Source: Endomicrobiales bacterium (lineage in GTDB: Bacteria; Elusimicrobiota; Endomicrobiia; Endomicrobiales; CAWCFT01). Taken from it: a stretch of 64,000 nt of DNA. The position numbers and the translations under genes were made by a program. The notes under the pieces were generated by a model, which made no database searches, was not told where the DNA came from, and saw only the letters and a program-made list of their open reading frames with translations. The stretch is from contig CAWCFT010000002.1 of the NCBI GenBank assembly GCA_963794945.1, positions 32,001 through 96,000 of the forward strand, read 5' to 3'. Positions 1 to 9,794 of this stretch are shown here, in pieces. The stretch's first letter is position 1, and every line of letters begins with the position of its first letter.

Positions 1-491
1 ACCGGATCACCGCGTTTAAAATACAAAATAAAACTACCCGACAAAAGGCCTATGCCGCCCATCGCTATCGAGTTTAAAATGAATAACGGGATGAACAGAA
101 AAAGATTTAAGTTGAGATCAGCCTTTAACAAAAACTTTCCTAAAAATAGAAGGCAAGCGGTCTCTATGGCCAGAAGAGCGAATTTAAACGCTGTAGAAGA
201 AAGAAGCACAAACAATGGCCTGTTGGGGGACAGGAAAACATGTTCGATCGTGCCCCAGTACTGCTCCTGCCGGATATTCTCGGCAAAAACATTAAGCCAG
301 AACTGAAAAAATCCGCTGAACACGAGCCCGATAAAAACGAACTTGAAATAGCCGTGATTACCAAGGAAACGGCTTATGAAAAAGAATATAATAAGCTGCG
401 TAACAAGGCCGATGAGCTTAAGAACTAGATGGAAACGGTAAGTCCTTTCGATAGCGGTATCACGAAAAATGAAGGCCCATAATATATTCAT
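1..491 (-). CDS. ABC-2 type transporter permease (3' end runs off the window)
   Basis: Manual translation from ATG at 491 (ATGA overlap with the ATPase stop): MNILWAFIFRDTAIERTYRFHLVLKLIG...IRQEQYWGTIEHVFLSP...YFKRGDP. Hydrophobic, with an ABC-2-like 'E..GT.E' motif. Absent from the ORF track because it is open at the edge. Confidence 0.85.
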   Translation of the reverse strand, partial: MNILWAFIFRDTAIERTYRFHLVLKLIGLVTQLIIFFFISRFLGNHGYFKFVFIGLVFSGFFQFWLNVFAENIRQEQYWGTIEHVFLSPNRPLFVLLSSTAFKFALLAIETACLLFLGKFLLKADLNLNLFLFIPLFILNSIAMGGIGLLSGSFILYFKRGDP

Positions 492-1144
492 AATAGCGCC
501 TCTATTCTGCCCCCGGAAAGAATACCCGAACGGTTTGAATATTCTTTGGCCCACAACCTGTCGTGGGTGACCACAACGCATGCGGCATTGCTTTCCAGGG
601 AATAATCTTTAATGTATGTGGAAACTTTCTCTGACGAATCCTTATCAAGGCTTCTTGAAACTTCATCAACAAGCAATATCCCGGGAGCGATCAGCATCGC
701 CCTCGCGAGGGCCAGCTTCTGCCTCATCCCAGATGAAAGATGGCTGAATTTTACTTTTCTGAAACTATCGATACCTAATCCTTCAAAAATGCGTTCTATT
801 CGTCTTTTCGGCACATTACCGTAAAGTTTCGCAAAAAAACCGATATTGGCTTCAACTGTCATCATCTGGTAAAAGCTGTTTTCAGCCCCGCACATAAGCC
901 CTATCCGCGATTTTGCTGCTTCAGGGGAACTCACAACGTTAATACCATCAGCAAATATCCCGCCAGAAGAAGGCAGAACAAGAGTAGAAATTATTTTCAG
1001 CAAAGTTGTTTTTCCTGAACCGTTCGCGCCCATTAAAGCGTAAACTTCACCCGGGGCCACTTCGAGTGAAAGATCATTAAGCACGTTTTTCGTGCCGTCA
1101 GGTGTCTTGTACGACTTAGATAAATTAGTAACACTTAATCTCAT
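488..1144 (-). CDS. ABC transporter ATP-binding protein
   Basis: Walker A GANGSGKTT, signature LSSGMRQK, Walker B LLVDE, H-loop VTHD. Start moved to the ATG at 1144 (MRLSVTNL); the track starts at 1216. Confidence 0.92.
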   Translation of the reverse strand: MRLSVTNLSKSYKTPDGTKNVLNDLSLEVAPGEVYALMGANGSGKTTLLKIISTLVLPSSGGIFADGINVVSSPEAAKSRIGLMCGAENSFYQMMTVEANIGFFAKLYGNVPKRRIERIFEGLGIDSFRKVKFSHLSSGMRQKLALARAMLIAPGILLVDEVSRSLDKDSSEKVSTYIKDYSLESNAACVVVTHDRLWAKEYSNRSGILSGGRIEALL

Positions 1145-1327
1145 TTTAATGGTCCAACATGAATCCAAACCCAAACATTTTAAACCGAATTCACGATTTA
1201 ACAGCTTATATGTCAAAACACTATAATTTTATATATGATTGTTGATATTTTGCAAGATTGAGCTCAAAATACGTATTTCAGCACAATAATATATGTAAAA
1301 ACCTTGGTGTATTGTATCTAATTTTGC

Positions 1328-1356
1328 TTGACAAATCAATTTTATTCTTATATACT
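1328..1356 (+). promoter_or_regulatory. sigma70-type promoter for the polysaccharide locus
   Basis: TTGACA(1328-1333)-N17-TATACT(1351-1356), 10 nt before the ATG at 1367. Confidence 0.7.
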
Positions 1357-1366
1357 TCATTTGTAA

Positions 1367-1849
1367 ATGAATACTTTTTTAAATGTCTTTTTCAAGGACC
1401 CAGTAATGCTCGCGGCTGGTATAGTTCTGGCAGGCACGGTGGGTATCGCGCTTTGGGCCCTAAAATCCTTGAATGAAGGTTCATCTGCACCCGAAGAAAT
1501 ATCTTACGAAGATATCCCTCAAGATGACGAAGATACATCACACGTTGACAATTCCGGGCTTACCGAGGCAAGGCTCCAGGCTATTGTAAATCAGCTCAAT
1601 GATATCAGCCAGCGCCTTATCGATATAGAAAAATCCATTAAGAACGCTAAACCTTCAGATCAGACGATACCGTCACTGCTCAATCCGGCTAAAATAGATG
1701 AGTCTTTCAAACGCCTCGAAGCCAAGATCGATGCAATGTCTTCAGTGAAGATCGTTCCCGAATCTACTCCGACCGATATTTCCGCCCTTGAAACAAAACT
1801 CGAGGGCATACACAAACTCCTTATCTACTTAACGGACAGCGGAAAATGA
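1367..1849 (+). CDS. Hypothetical single-TM protein with acidic linker and coiled coil
   Basis: N-terminal hydrophobic helix, heptad-like segments; overlaps the next gene (ATGA). Confidence 0.75.
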   Translation: MNTFLNVFFKDPVMLAAGIVLAGTVGIALWALKSLNEGSSAPEEISYEDIPQDDEDTSHVDNSGLTEARLQAIVNQLNDISQRLIDIEKSIKNAKPSDQTIPSLLNPAKIDESFKRLEAKIDAMSSVKIVPESTPTDISALETKLEGIHKLLIYLTDSGK

Positions 1850-2394
1850 CAAGAAAGAACCTCATTTCACTCATGGTGCTTGACCTCATAGTTATGGCGC
1901 TTGCAATAGCCCTTATGGCATACAGATACCAAGCCTTCTCAAGCCTTCCGATATCTTCTCTTAAGCAAAATACCAAACAGCTGTCAGATGAACCGGAAGC
2001 TGCTCCGCAAGCCATGCCGCAAGCAGCGCAAGCCGATATTGAAAAACCAGCCGAAAAACCTGATATTGAAACAGCACGCGAAGAAAAAACTGCTACAGCT
2101 GCCACGGCTGAGAAAAGGAACATATCTTTCACCTACAAGAATTCAAAGGTGAAAAAGGTTGAAATAATAGGTGATTTTACGGATTGGATACCTAAGAAAA
2201 TGTTGAAAGGCGCGGCGGGTTTGTGGAGGATCAACCTTGCGCTTGCTCCAGGCGATTACGCTTATAATTTTGTGATCAACGGCAAGCCAAAACGGGACCC
2301 GAACAACGCCAAGATATGTAACGCCGGTCGCGGTTTCCCTAATTCGTTCTTGAAAGTCAAACCTCTTTCAAATGATAACAATAAAGCGGAATAA
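1846..2394 (+). CDS. Membrane-anchored glycogen-binding (CBM48/AMPK-beta-like) domain protein
   Basis: N-terminal TM, Ala/Glu linker, C-terminal 'VEIIGDFTDW...GLWRINLALAPGDYAYNFVING...DPNN'. Confidence 0.8.
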   Translation: MTRKNLISLMVLDLIVMALAIALMAYRYQAFSSLPISSLKQNTKQLSDEPEAAPQAMPQAAQADIEKPAEKPDIETAREEKTATAATAEKRNISFTYKNSKVKKVEIIGDFTDWIPKKMLKGAAGLWRINLALAPGDYAYNFVINGKPKRDPNNAKICNAGRGFPNSFLKVKPLSNDNNKAE

Positions 2395-4060
2395 ACTTCT
2401 CGCACTCATCCTGTTCACTACATTCTTTTTCTGCCTACCGGCTTTTTCGGATGTTTTGTCAGACCAGACCCTCGCCAACGACCTGAACTATTACAGAAAA
2501 GTATCGAAGCAAAAAAATCTAAACGCCAATGACCGCACTTTTATCCTGAATCGTATTGAAGAAAAATACGATGGGTCCGGCATAGATACAACTCCAATTC
2601 AACAGGAACTGGATAAAACCGGCAAAGACGGCGCATCCGAAGACAGCCCTCTGCCGGAAAAGAAACCTATAGCTGTCAAGAAAAAAAATAACACAAAGGC
2701 AAAGGGCGCCAAGGGGAAGGTCGAGAAAATATTTATTTCGGAAACGAGAGATAGTTCTAAAATATTCATAGCGGCAGAGGGCGTTTCGAGGTCAAATTAT
2801 TTTCTCATGAAAGACCCCGCTGACGGCAAACCTTCTAAAATAGTGCTCGACCTTTACGACGTCCAGAACAAACTCTCGGCCGCAGCCAGTAATATTTCAC
2901 CCCGCGAGGGCTTGTTCTCAAACGTTTCTTCCAGCCAGTTTGAAGGCCCGCCAAACAACGTGGTACGCGTTATAGCAGAGCTTCGAATTGATGCCTCTTA
3001 CACGGTTAAGAGAGAAAAGAACCTCTGGATCATCACCGTTAACAAAACAGAACAGGATAATAAGCCCGATAAAACAGTTCAGGCTGCGGTAGCAACACCT
3101 CCAGCCGGAGACCCTGCCGTCAAGGTAATTGCAGGAGGCCCGCCGGTATCAGTTCCTGTTGAGATTAAGTCTGATTTACGGGATACTGCAAACACATCCC
3201 AACCGGAAAAGACGAATAAGAGCGTAGCTGATGATTATAAGATAGAAAACTCTGATATCCTCGGAGTTACGATTTATCCGGCGGATGAACTTTCAAGAGA
3301 GGTTGTTGTGCAGCCCGACGGGAACATTCCTTTTCCTCTCATAGGAGCTATCCAGGCAAAGGGCCTTACGATAAAGCAGCTAGAGAATAATCTTTCAAGC
3401 GAGCTTGGCCGTTATATCTCCTCACCGCAGGTCTCAATAACCGTAAAACAGTTCAGCAGAAGGCAGATCTTTATTACCGGTGAAGTAAAGGGAGTCGGGG
3501 CATACAGCTATAAGGAGAACCTTAGGCTGATGGAATTCATATCTTCAATAGGCGGTTTTACCGACGCGGCGAACAGGAAAGAAGTTAAGATATACCGCGG
3601 CCCTCCCACAAAACGCCAGGTCCATCTAGTTGATGTTGAAGACTTGATAAAATCAGGTGACTTTACAAAAGATTTTCTGCTCGAGCCAGGAGATATTATA
3701 GAGGTGCAGAAAGGACAGCCAAGGATCGCTATACTGGGAGAGATCAAAGTTCCTGGCTATTACGACTACAAAGAGAACATGCATCTTGTCGATCTGGTAT
3801 CCAGCGCCGGAGGATTTACGGACAACGCGAAAATAACTGATGTCAGTATCATACACCCTTCTCCGGACAACAAAATGACCGTGGTTAAGGTGAACCTCAA
3901 GAAAATACTTTCTGGAAAAGATAGAGATGTGGCAGTCCTGAGCGGTGACACAGTTTTCTTTCCTAAAGGAACCGTCGCCTCAGGAAGCCTTTTTATTACC
4001 AATATTATGCCGTGGATAACCCTTCTAACACTGGTTTTTGCTGTCAGAGGCGGAATATAG
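2372..4060 (+). CDS. Polysaccharide export protein (Wza/OPX family) with N-terminal AMIN-like domain and SLBB repeats
   Basis: Signal peptide; AMIN-like 'KIVLDL...SQFE...VVRVIAEL'; Poly_export 'YKIENSDIL...VQPDGNIPFPLIG'; two SLBB repeats (GEVK..G.Y...GGFTD); C-terminal hydrophobic helix. Confidence 0.88.
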   Translation: MITIKRNKLLALILFTTFFFCLPAFSDVLSDQTLANDLNYYRKVSKQKNLNANDRTFILNRIEEKYDGSGIDTTPIQQELDKTGKDGASEDSPLPEKKPIAVKKKNNTKAKGAKGKVEKIFISETRDSSKIFIAAEGVSRSNYFLMKDPADGKPSKIVLDLYDVQNKLSAAASNISPREGLFSNVSSSQFEGPPNNVVRVIAELRIDASYTVKREKNLWIITVNKTEQDNKPDKTVQAAVATPPAGDPAVKVIAGGPPVSVPVEIKSDLRDTANTSQPEKTNKSVADDYKIENSDILGVTIYPADELSREVVVQPDGNIPFPLIGAIQAKGLTIKQLENNLSSELGRYISSPQVSITVKQFSRRQIFITGEVKGVGAYSYKENLRLMEFISSIGGFTDAANRKEVKIYRGPPTKRQVHLVDVEDLIKSGDFTKDFLLEPGDIIEVQKGQPRIAILGEIKVPGYYDYKENMHLVDLVSSAGGFTDNAKITDVSIIHPSPDNKMTVVKVNLKKILSGKDRDVAVLSGDTVFFPKGTVASGSLFITNIMPWITLLTLVFAVRGGI

Positions 4061-4091
4061 ACGCATTTGAGATTTAGTACCTGGAGACAAG

Positions 4092-6011
4092 ATGGCCCAA
4101 TATGAGCTAAACGTTCAAGATTATGTCAGGATATTCAAAAAGAGGCGCTGGGTAATTATACTCACGTTTTTTTCTATACTCGGTTCCGTAATAGTTTTTA
4201 CTAACCTGCAAACCCCGATATATCAGGCATCCGCGACCGTAAAAGTAGAGGCAAGCCTCATAATACCCGGCGTCGGCGTAGACCAGGCCGGCTGGGACAT
4301 GATAACGGTTCTGAACACGGAAGTAAAGATAATCAAATCCGAAATAGTATGCAAAAGGACCGCAAACAAGCTTAACATGATCACCCCTGATATGTCCGAG
4401 CAGCAGATACAGGCCATAGTCGGAGCTATCTCATCAAAGATAAACGCCGAGCGCGTGGGGGACACGAATCTCGTAAACATTTCCGCCATGTCTTCTGACC
4501 CAAAAGAAACCGCAAGGCTTGCCAACGCCACAGCAGAGGTCTATATCGAGAAAGGTATTGAAGACAGGAACAGGCGCGCCAGGGAGCTCAGGCAATTCAT
4601 CGAAGTACAGGTAAATGATGCAAAGGCAAAGCTGAGCCAAACCGAAGACGCTTTACGCAGGCATACTGAAAAGTCTGGAGCTACAGGTGTCGGTGGATAT
4701 ATGACCTCGCACCTTATCGAATTGCAAAATAAGAAAAGTGAACTTCAGAAAAGATACACTGAACACCATCCTGAAGTAGAAAAACTGAATGAACAAATAG
4801 AAGAGGTCCAGGCGCAGATGAAGCAGCTGCCCGCGGAAGAGCTTGAGTATGCGAGGCTGTCCCGCGATGTATCGATAAATAACGAACTATACACACTACT
4901 TGCCAAACGCCTTAAAGAAGCTCAGATATCGGAAGCCGACCGCGTACAGTCAACTTTTATAATCACCCCAGCAGTTGAACCTTCCGCTCCTATAAAACCC
5001 AACAGGAAAATGAATATCGGTATCGGAGCATTTCTGGGTATATTCCTGGGCTTTGTTTTCGCTCTTGCCATTGAGAACCTCGACACGTCTATAGGCACTA
5101 TCGAAGACGTAGAAAAGTACCTTAATCTTCCTGTAATCGGCATTATACCCCACGTTGACGTTGAAGGAAAGATCAAGACACTTTATTTGAAAGGTTCAAG
5201 CCGTGACCAGCGAATAAACATGATGCGGTCAAAACTTGTAGTCTATCAATCGGCAAAATCACCGTTTGTAGAAGCTTATCACACTCTGATGACAAATATG
5301 AAGTTTGTTAAAGGAGAGAATGTAGGAGGCGGCTCAAAAACGCTGCTATTTACCAGCGCCGGCATAGGGGAAGGTAAAACCATCACTTCTTCGAATTTCG
5401 CGCTTGCCGCTGCCCAGAGCGGGTTAAAAACCATAATTGTTGAAGCTGACTTGAGGCGCCCCACCCTGCACTGGATATTCGGGCTCCAGCGCGGGCCGGG
5501 ATTTTCTGACTGCATTATAGGCTCCAGGAACTGGAGAGATGTAATAAAAGGCACTACGGACTTCATCATGAGCGATATGGGATCGGATAAGATACTGCAT
5601 TATCCGGGTATCGAGAACTTAAGCCTTCTTACTTCAGGCCACATAACCCCTAACCCGATCGACATGCTCAACTCGCCCGAAACCGTAAGAATACTCAAAG
5701 AAATGGCGGAAGTTTACGACATAATTATACTCGACTGCCCTCCTGTGCTCCTTTTTGCGGACGCGCTTATTTTGGGCAACCACGCATCAGGATCGATACT
5801 GGTGTACCAAGTGGGAAGGATGGCAAGGCGCGCCTTAAAACGCGCCAAGGAACAGATGGCCAACGTAAAGGCGCCGATGCTGGGCGTAGTCCTTAACAAC
5901 GTCAAAACCACAGAAATCGGGTCTTACTATGGGTACGGTTACTACTATTCATATAAGTATTATGCCAAAGACATCCCTAAAGAAAAGGCCATGGGAATGC
6001 ATAATAAATGA
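4092..6011 (+). CDS. wzc: Polysaccharide co-polymerase / tyrosine autokinase (Wzc family)
   Basis: Two TMs with periplasmic coiled coil, Walker A 'TSAGIGEGKT', 'EADLRRP', 'IILDCPP', C-terminal Tyr cluster YYGYGYYYSYKYY. Confidence 0.93.
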   Translation: MAQYELNVQDYVRIFKKRRWVIILTFFSILGSVIVFTNLQTPIYQASATVKVEASLIIPGVGVDQAGWDMITVLNTEVKIIKSEIVCKRTANKLNMITPDMSEQQIQAIVGAISSKINAERVGDTNLVNISAMSSDPKETARLANATAEVYIEKGIEDRNRRARELRQFIEVQVNDAKAKLSQTEDALRRHTEKSGATGVGGYMTSHLIELQNKKSELQKRYTEHHPEVEKLNEQIEEVQAQMKQLPAEELEYARLSRDVSINNELYTLLAKRLKEAQISEADRVQSTFIITPAVEPSAPIKPNRKMNIGIGAFLGIFLGFVFALAIENLDTSIGTIEDVEKYLNLPVIGIIPHVDVEGKIKTLYLKGSSRDQRINMMRSKLVVYQSAKSPFVEAYHTLMTNMKFVKGENVGGGSKTLLFTSAGIGEGKTITSSNFALAAAQSGLKTIIVEADLRRPTLHWIFGLQRGPGFSDCIIGSRNWRDVIKGTTDFIMSDMGSDKILHYPGIENLSLLTSGHITPNPIDMLNSPETVRILKEMAEVYDIIILDCPPVLLFADALILGNHASGSILVYQVGRMARRALKRAKEQMANVKAPMLGVVLNNVKTTEIGSYYGYGYYYSYKYYAKDIPKEKAMGMHNK

Positions 6012-7423
6012 ACAATAAATGGCGCTACGCGTTCTTTGTTCTCGCGGCAGTCCCTGTACTTATCCTCACCGCGCAGTCAATAACCGCTACACCCTTCCTT
6101 ATCACAGCCATAATAGCATCCATAATTGTAGCTGTTGTAACCTTTCAAAACCCCGAAAACGGCCTGACTATTATTGTATTTTCGATGCTGTTGTCGCCAC
6201 AGATAACCGTAGCCAGCGTACCGGGGCGCGATGTAACCATAAGAGTGGACGACCTTTTGATAGTTGTAATGCTCCTCGCCTGGCTCGCCTACACTGCCAA
6301 GGAAAAAGACTGGAAAGGCTTCATTAAAACGCCACTGGATTCAAATTTAGTTTTCTTGACCGTTATCTATGTTACCAGCACTGCTCTGGGCATAATAATG
6401 GGCGGCCTCAACCCCGTTAAAGGCGCTTTTTACATGTTTAAATACCTGGAATATTTCGTCCTGTTCTGGGTTACAGCCAACATAGTTTCAACTATCAAGA
6501 ATTTTCCGAGATTCCTGATCTCCGGAGCGGTAACAGCGGTTATCGTGGCGATTTTCGCGTACAGCGTTATGGGATCAGTGGAAAGAGTCTATGCCCCTTT
6601 TGAGTCCAACGGCGGAGAACCTGCATCGCTGGCGGGGTATTACCTTGTCATTTACGGCATGCTGTTCAGCTTTTTCCTTAACTCGGACATAAAAAAAGTC
6701 CGTTACTCCTGCATGGCCATAGCGTTGTTCATCCTGCCAACTTTCATAAAAACACTTTCTCGCGCGTCATACCTGGCGTTCGTACCCATGATATTAACCT
6801 TGTTGCTTCTAACAAAAAAACGAAAAGCTACTTTCGCGCTTTTGCTTATAGGAGGCACGGTTCTATTTCCTATAATTTTCAACGACCTATATACGCAAAT
6901 GGTAAGGCGTATCAATACGACGTTTGTCGGCGCATCTGAGACCAGCCGAGGGGAGAACCTAGCGGACAAAAAGATCAGGGACCCGTCAGCCACCGACAGG
7001 ATAGACAGCTGGAAAATGATCGTCAACGACAGATTAATGACTGATTTCAGAACAATGTTTATAGGCCACGGCGTCACCGGCGTGGGATTTATAGATGGAC
7101 AGCTTTTCACGTTCCTGGGCGAGATAGGAATTGTCGGTACGATAGCTTTTTACTGGATGATGTTTAAGATTATGTTTATAAGCTACCGAACCTATAAGAA
7201 TATAGAGAATGAAACTATAAAGTGCATCTCTCTGGGATTGATCGGCGGTTTAGTTGGGATGCTTTTCCAGTCAGCGACCACTAACACGTTCATCATAGTC
7301 AGGATAAACGAACCGTTCTGGTTCATCACGGCCCTGGTGATGATAGCACCGGACCTGTACACGTCTGAAACGACAGCCGCAGCTACTGGCCCCAATAACG
7401 AGAATACTTTAACGGTTGCTTGA
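6008..7423 (+). CDS. O-antigen ligase / Wzy polymerase family protein
   Basis: ~12 TMs, 'TLSRASY', periplasmic loop 'SATDRIDSW...GHG', 'GEIGIVG'; follows wzc. Confidence 0.8.
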   Translation: MNNKWRYAFFVLAAVPVLILTAQSITATPFLITAIIASIIVAVVTFQNPENGLTIIVFSMLLSPQITVASVPGRDVTIRVDDLLIVVMLLAWLAYTAKEKDWKGFIKTPLDSNLVFLTVIYVTSTALGIIMGGLNPVKGAFYMFKYLEYFVLFWVTANIVSTIKNFPRFLISGAVTAVIVAIFAYSVMGSVERVYAPFESNGGEPASLAGYYLVIYGMLFSFFLNSDIKKVRYSCMAIALFILPTFIKTLSRASYLAFVPMILTLLLLTKKRKATFALLLIGGTVLFPIIFNDLYTQMVRRINTTFVGASETSRGENLADKKIRDPSATDRIDSWKMIVNDRLMTDFRTMFIGHGVTGVGFIDGQLFTFLGEIGIVGTIAFYWMMFKIMFISYRTYKNIENETIKCISLGLIGGLVGMLFQSATTNTFIIVRINEPFWFITALVMIAPDLYTSETTAAATGPNNENTLTVA

Positions 7424-7472
7424 AAAAATTCCCCGGCAGAGACTATATTGCTGACTATGACCTTTATGAGCA

Positions 7473-8195
7473 ATGACACGAATTCAGAACTTGAACTCAA
7501 AAGACTGGTGGAACAGCTTCTTTACAGAGTCCGGCGGCTGGGAGAAAAACACCGGGCGCCTTCAAACCAGGACTTTTGCTGAATGTTTCAACCGGGTAAT
7601 AGACATACCCCTGAGCGGCTTCTCACTTCTTGATGCCGGGTGCGCTCTTGGCGACGCTTTACCAGTATTTAAAAACAAGTACCCGGATGCGAAATTATCT
7701 GGCTGCGATTTCTCCGAAACGGGTATCGCACGCTGTCAGAAACAATTCGGCGACATATCATCGTTCTTTACAGCATCCATCGATTCCCTCAACGGCGAAT
7801 GGGACGTTATTTATTGCTCGAACGTCCTAGAGCATTTTCCTGATCCGGTAGACCTGGCGGATAAAATGCTCGGCCACTGCCGTATACTTTACCTGATGCT
7901 GCCTTACAGGGAACTCAACGGCGAAGAACTTCTTACTCCTGCCACAATGAACAAGAACGGTCACATGTATTCGTTCTTTAAAGATAGTTTTGACGGTCTT
8001 ATTGCGAAAGGCTCGGCTAAAACCATCAATGCATTCATAGATGACTGTCCCAAAGCCTGGGGATGGAAATTAAACAAAAAGATCTTCCATGTTTTGAGCG
8101 CTATCCGGCACTTTCACAACCTGAAAAGTATTTTCAGGTTCCCAAAAGAGATAATTTTTGAGATACACAGCAAGGTAATTAACAAAAATGGATAA
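7473..8195 (+). CDS. Class I SAM-dependent methyltransferase
   Basis: LLDAGCALG motif I; 'CSNVLEH'. Confidence 0.85.
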   Translation: MTRIQNLNSKDWWNSFFTESGGWEKNTGRLQTRTFAECFNRVIDIPLSGFSLLDAGCALGDALPVFKNKYPDAKLSGCDFSETGIARCQKQFGDISSFFTASIDSLNGEWDVIYCSNVLEHFPDPVDLADKMLGHCRILYLMLPYRELNGEELLTPATMNKNGHMYSFFKDSFDGLIAKGSAKTINAFIDDCPKAWGWKLNKKIFHVLSAIRHFHNLKSIFRFPKEIIFEIHSKVINKNG

Positions 8196-9787
8196 AAATA
8201 TTACAACACAAGATAAAGCTTTATTATCACTATTTCCCGTGATGTTATTTATCATGATAATCGCAAGTGCATTATATGCATATTTCGGCCATGGAATAAT
8301 CGAAGCAATGTATTATAAAAGGATGCCTTTTGCTGCTCTAAATGTATTTATAAGAGGCCAGGCCACACATCTTTTGGGGTATTATTTTAAAGAATCGGAT
8401 GAGTTATTCCGGCAGAGCATTGCTATAGTACTAATTAATCTATTATGCGCATTCTTTGTCAGGCACAGGCTTATACTGTTGGTTAGAGAAACATTACAGC
8501 TGCCGGTCAAAATTAAACGCGGATTTGCGTTTTTCCGCGCCTTCCTATCGCGGAATATTGTCTTTGTCATGTTAACAACACTATTATTTACTATTTTTTA
8601 TTCTGTGTACTATGTGACAGGCACCTCGCTTTCAAAAACACGGGCCTTTAACGAAACGGATATTCTGTTCCAGGCGGATGTTCCCCGAGTTATAGGAGAT
8701 ATAACTGATTTTTCATTTAACCATTACCGCACAAAGGTTCATCCGCTGTACGTGCTGCTGGTGAACCCAACCGGCATTTTTCTCAGGTCTTTAATTCATT
8801 CTCAGGTCAACACGGCCGTGGCTTTAAATGCTTTTTTCGGATCAGCCGGAGTAGCTCTGGGTTTTGTCTTTTTCTACTTGTTTAACAAAAGTTTAGCGGA
8901 TTCATTTATTTTAGCGTCAATTTTTGGTTTAACCATGAGTCATCTTTATACATCGGCAGTACCCGAAACCTATTCCCTTGCTGTCTGCAGCCTTATCTTA
9001 ACGTATATTCTGTTTATTTACAGTTTACGGAACAAACGTTTGTCTTTTGGTCTCTGGGTTGCCGCGGGTATTATATCGCTGGGTGTCACATCAACTAATT
9101 TTGTTCAGAACTTTTATTTGTTTCACTGTCCTTACCGTTGTATTAGTAAAAGATGAAAGAAGATATACGACCATGATATATAACATAGGCGCCTTCGCTG
9201 TGGCCACGATGCTTATAACTGAACTTTTATCTGTATTACAAAAGTTTTTTTACCGTTCTTCGATCCTGTTCTTTTTTCCAAACCCGTACGCTGAGGAAAT
9301 CAATTATTTTAGCATGCTTGTATTCCAACACCCGCTCGCAGCGGCAAAGCTTATCTCAAAACATTTCTTTCTGGTTAATTTTGTGGCTCCCCTGCCGCAT
9401 GTTTTCGCTATGCAAGGCATGGTGAATCCGGCTGTAACATTTTCAGCTCCGACCGCCTTCACTTTAATCGGGCTAGTCGCAGCCGCCCTATGGGTATTTC
9501 TATTGCTAACTGGCGTTCTAAAAAGTATTTTCTCTTACCAAAATAGCGCGTTTTTTATCGGAGCCGCTCTATGCCTGCTATTTAATATGGCCCTGCACAG
9601 TATTTATGGAATCAACGAAGACTTATTTCTATACACTGGTGATTTCACCTTTTTGGTCCTGGCATTCGCCGCTGCCCACACTTTATCAAGAAATTATTAT
9701 ACAACGGCATTTCTTGCCGTATTCTTGATTTTCCTGGCTAGTAACAACCTGACAATAATCGGGGGAATATTAAAACTGTATTCTTAA
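8188..9787 (+). CDS. Multi-TM membrane protein (GT-C-like/DUF6080-like), split by one frameshift near 9110
   Basis: ORFs 8188-9156 and 9047-9787 overlap in different frames and join into one hydrophobic protein; 'VHPLY' and 'PETY' motifs. Confidence 0.6.
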
Positions 9788-9794
9788 ATTCACT

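Noticed and set aside
52..428. Short ORFs 52-306, 164-364 and 240-428
   Set aside because: Shadows of the minus-strand ABC permease that runs off the window edge.
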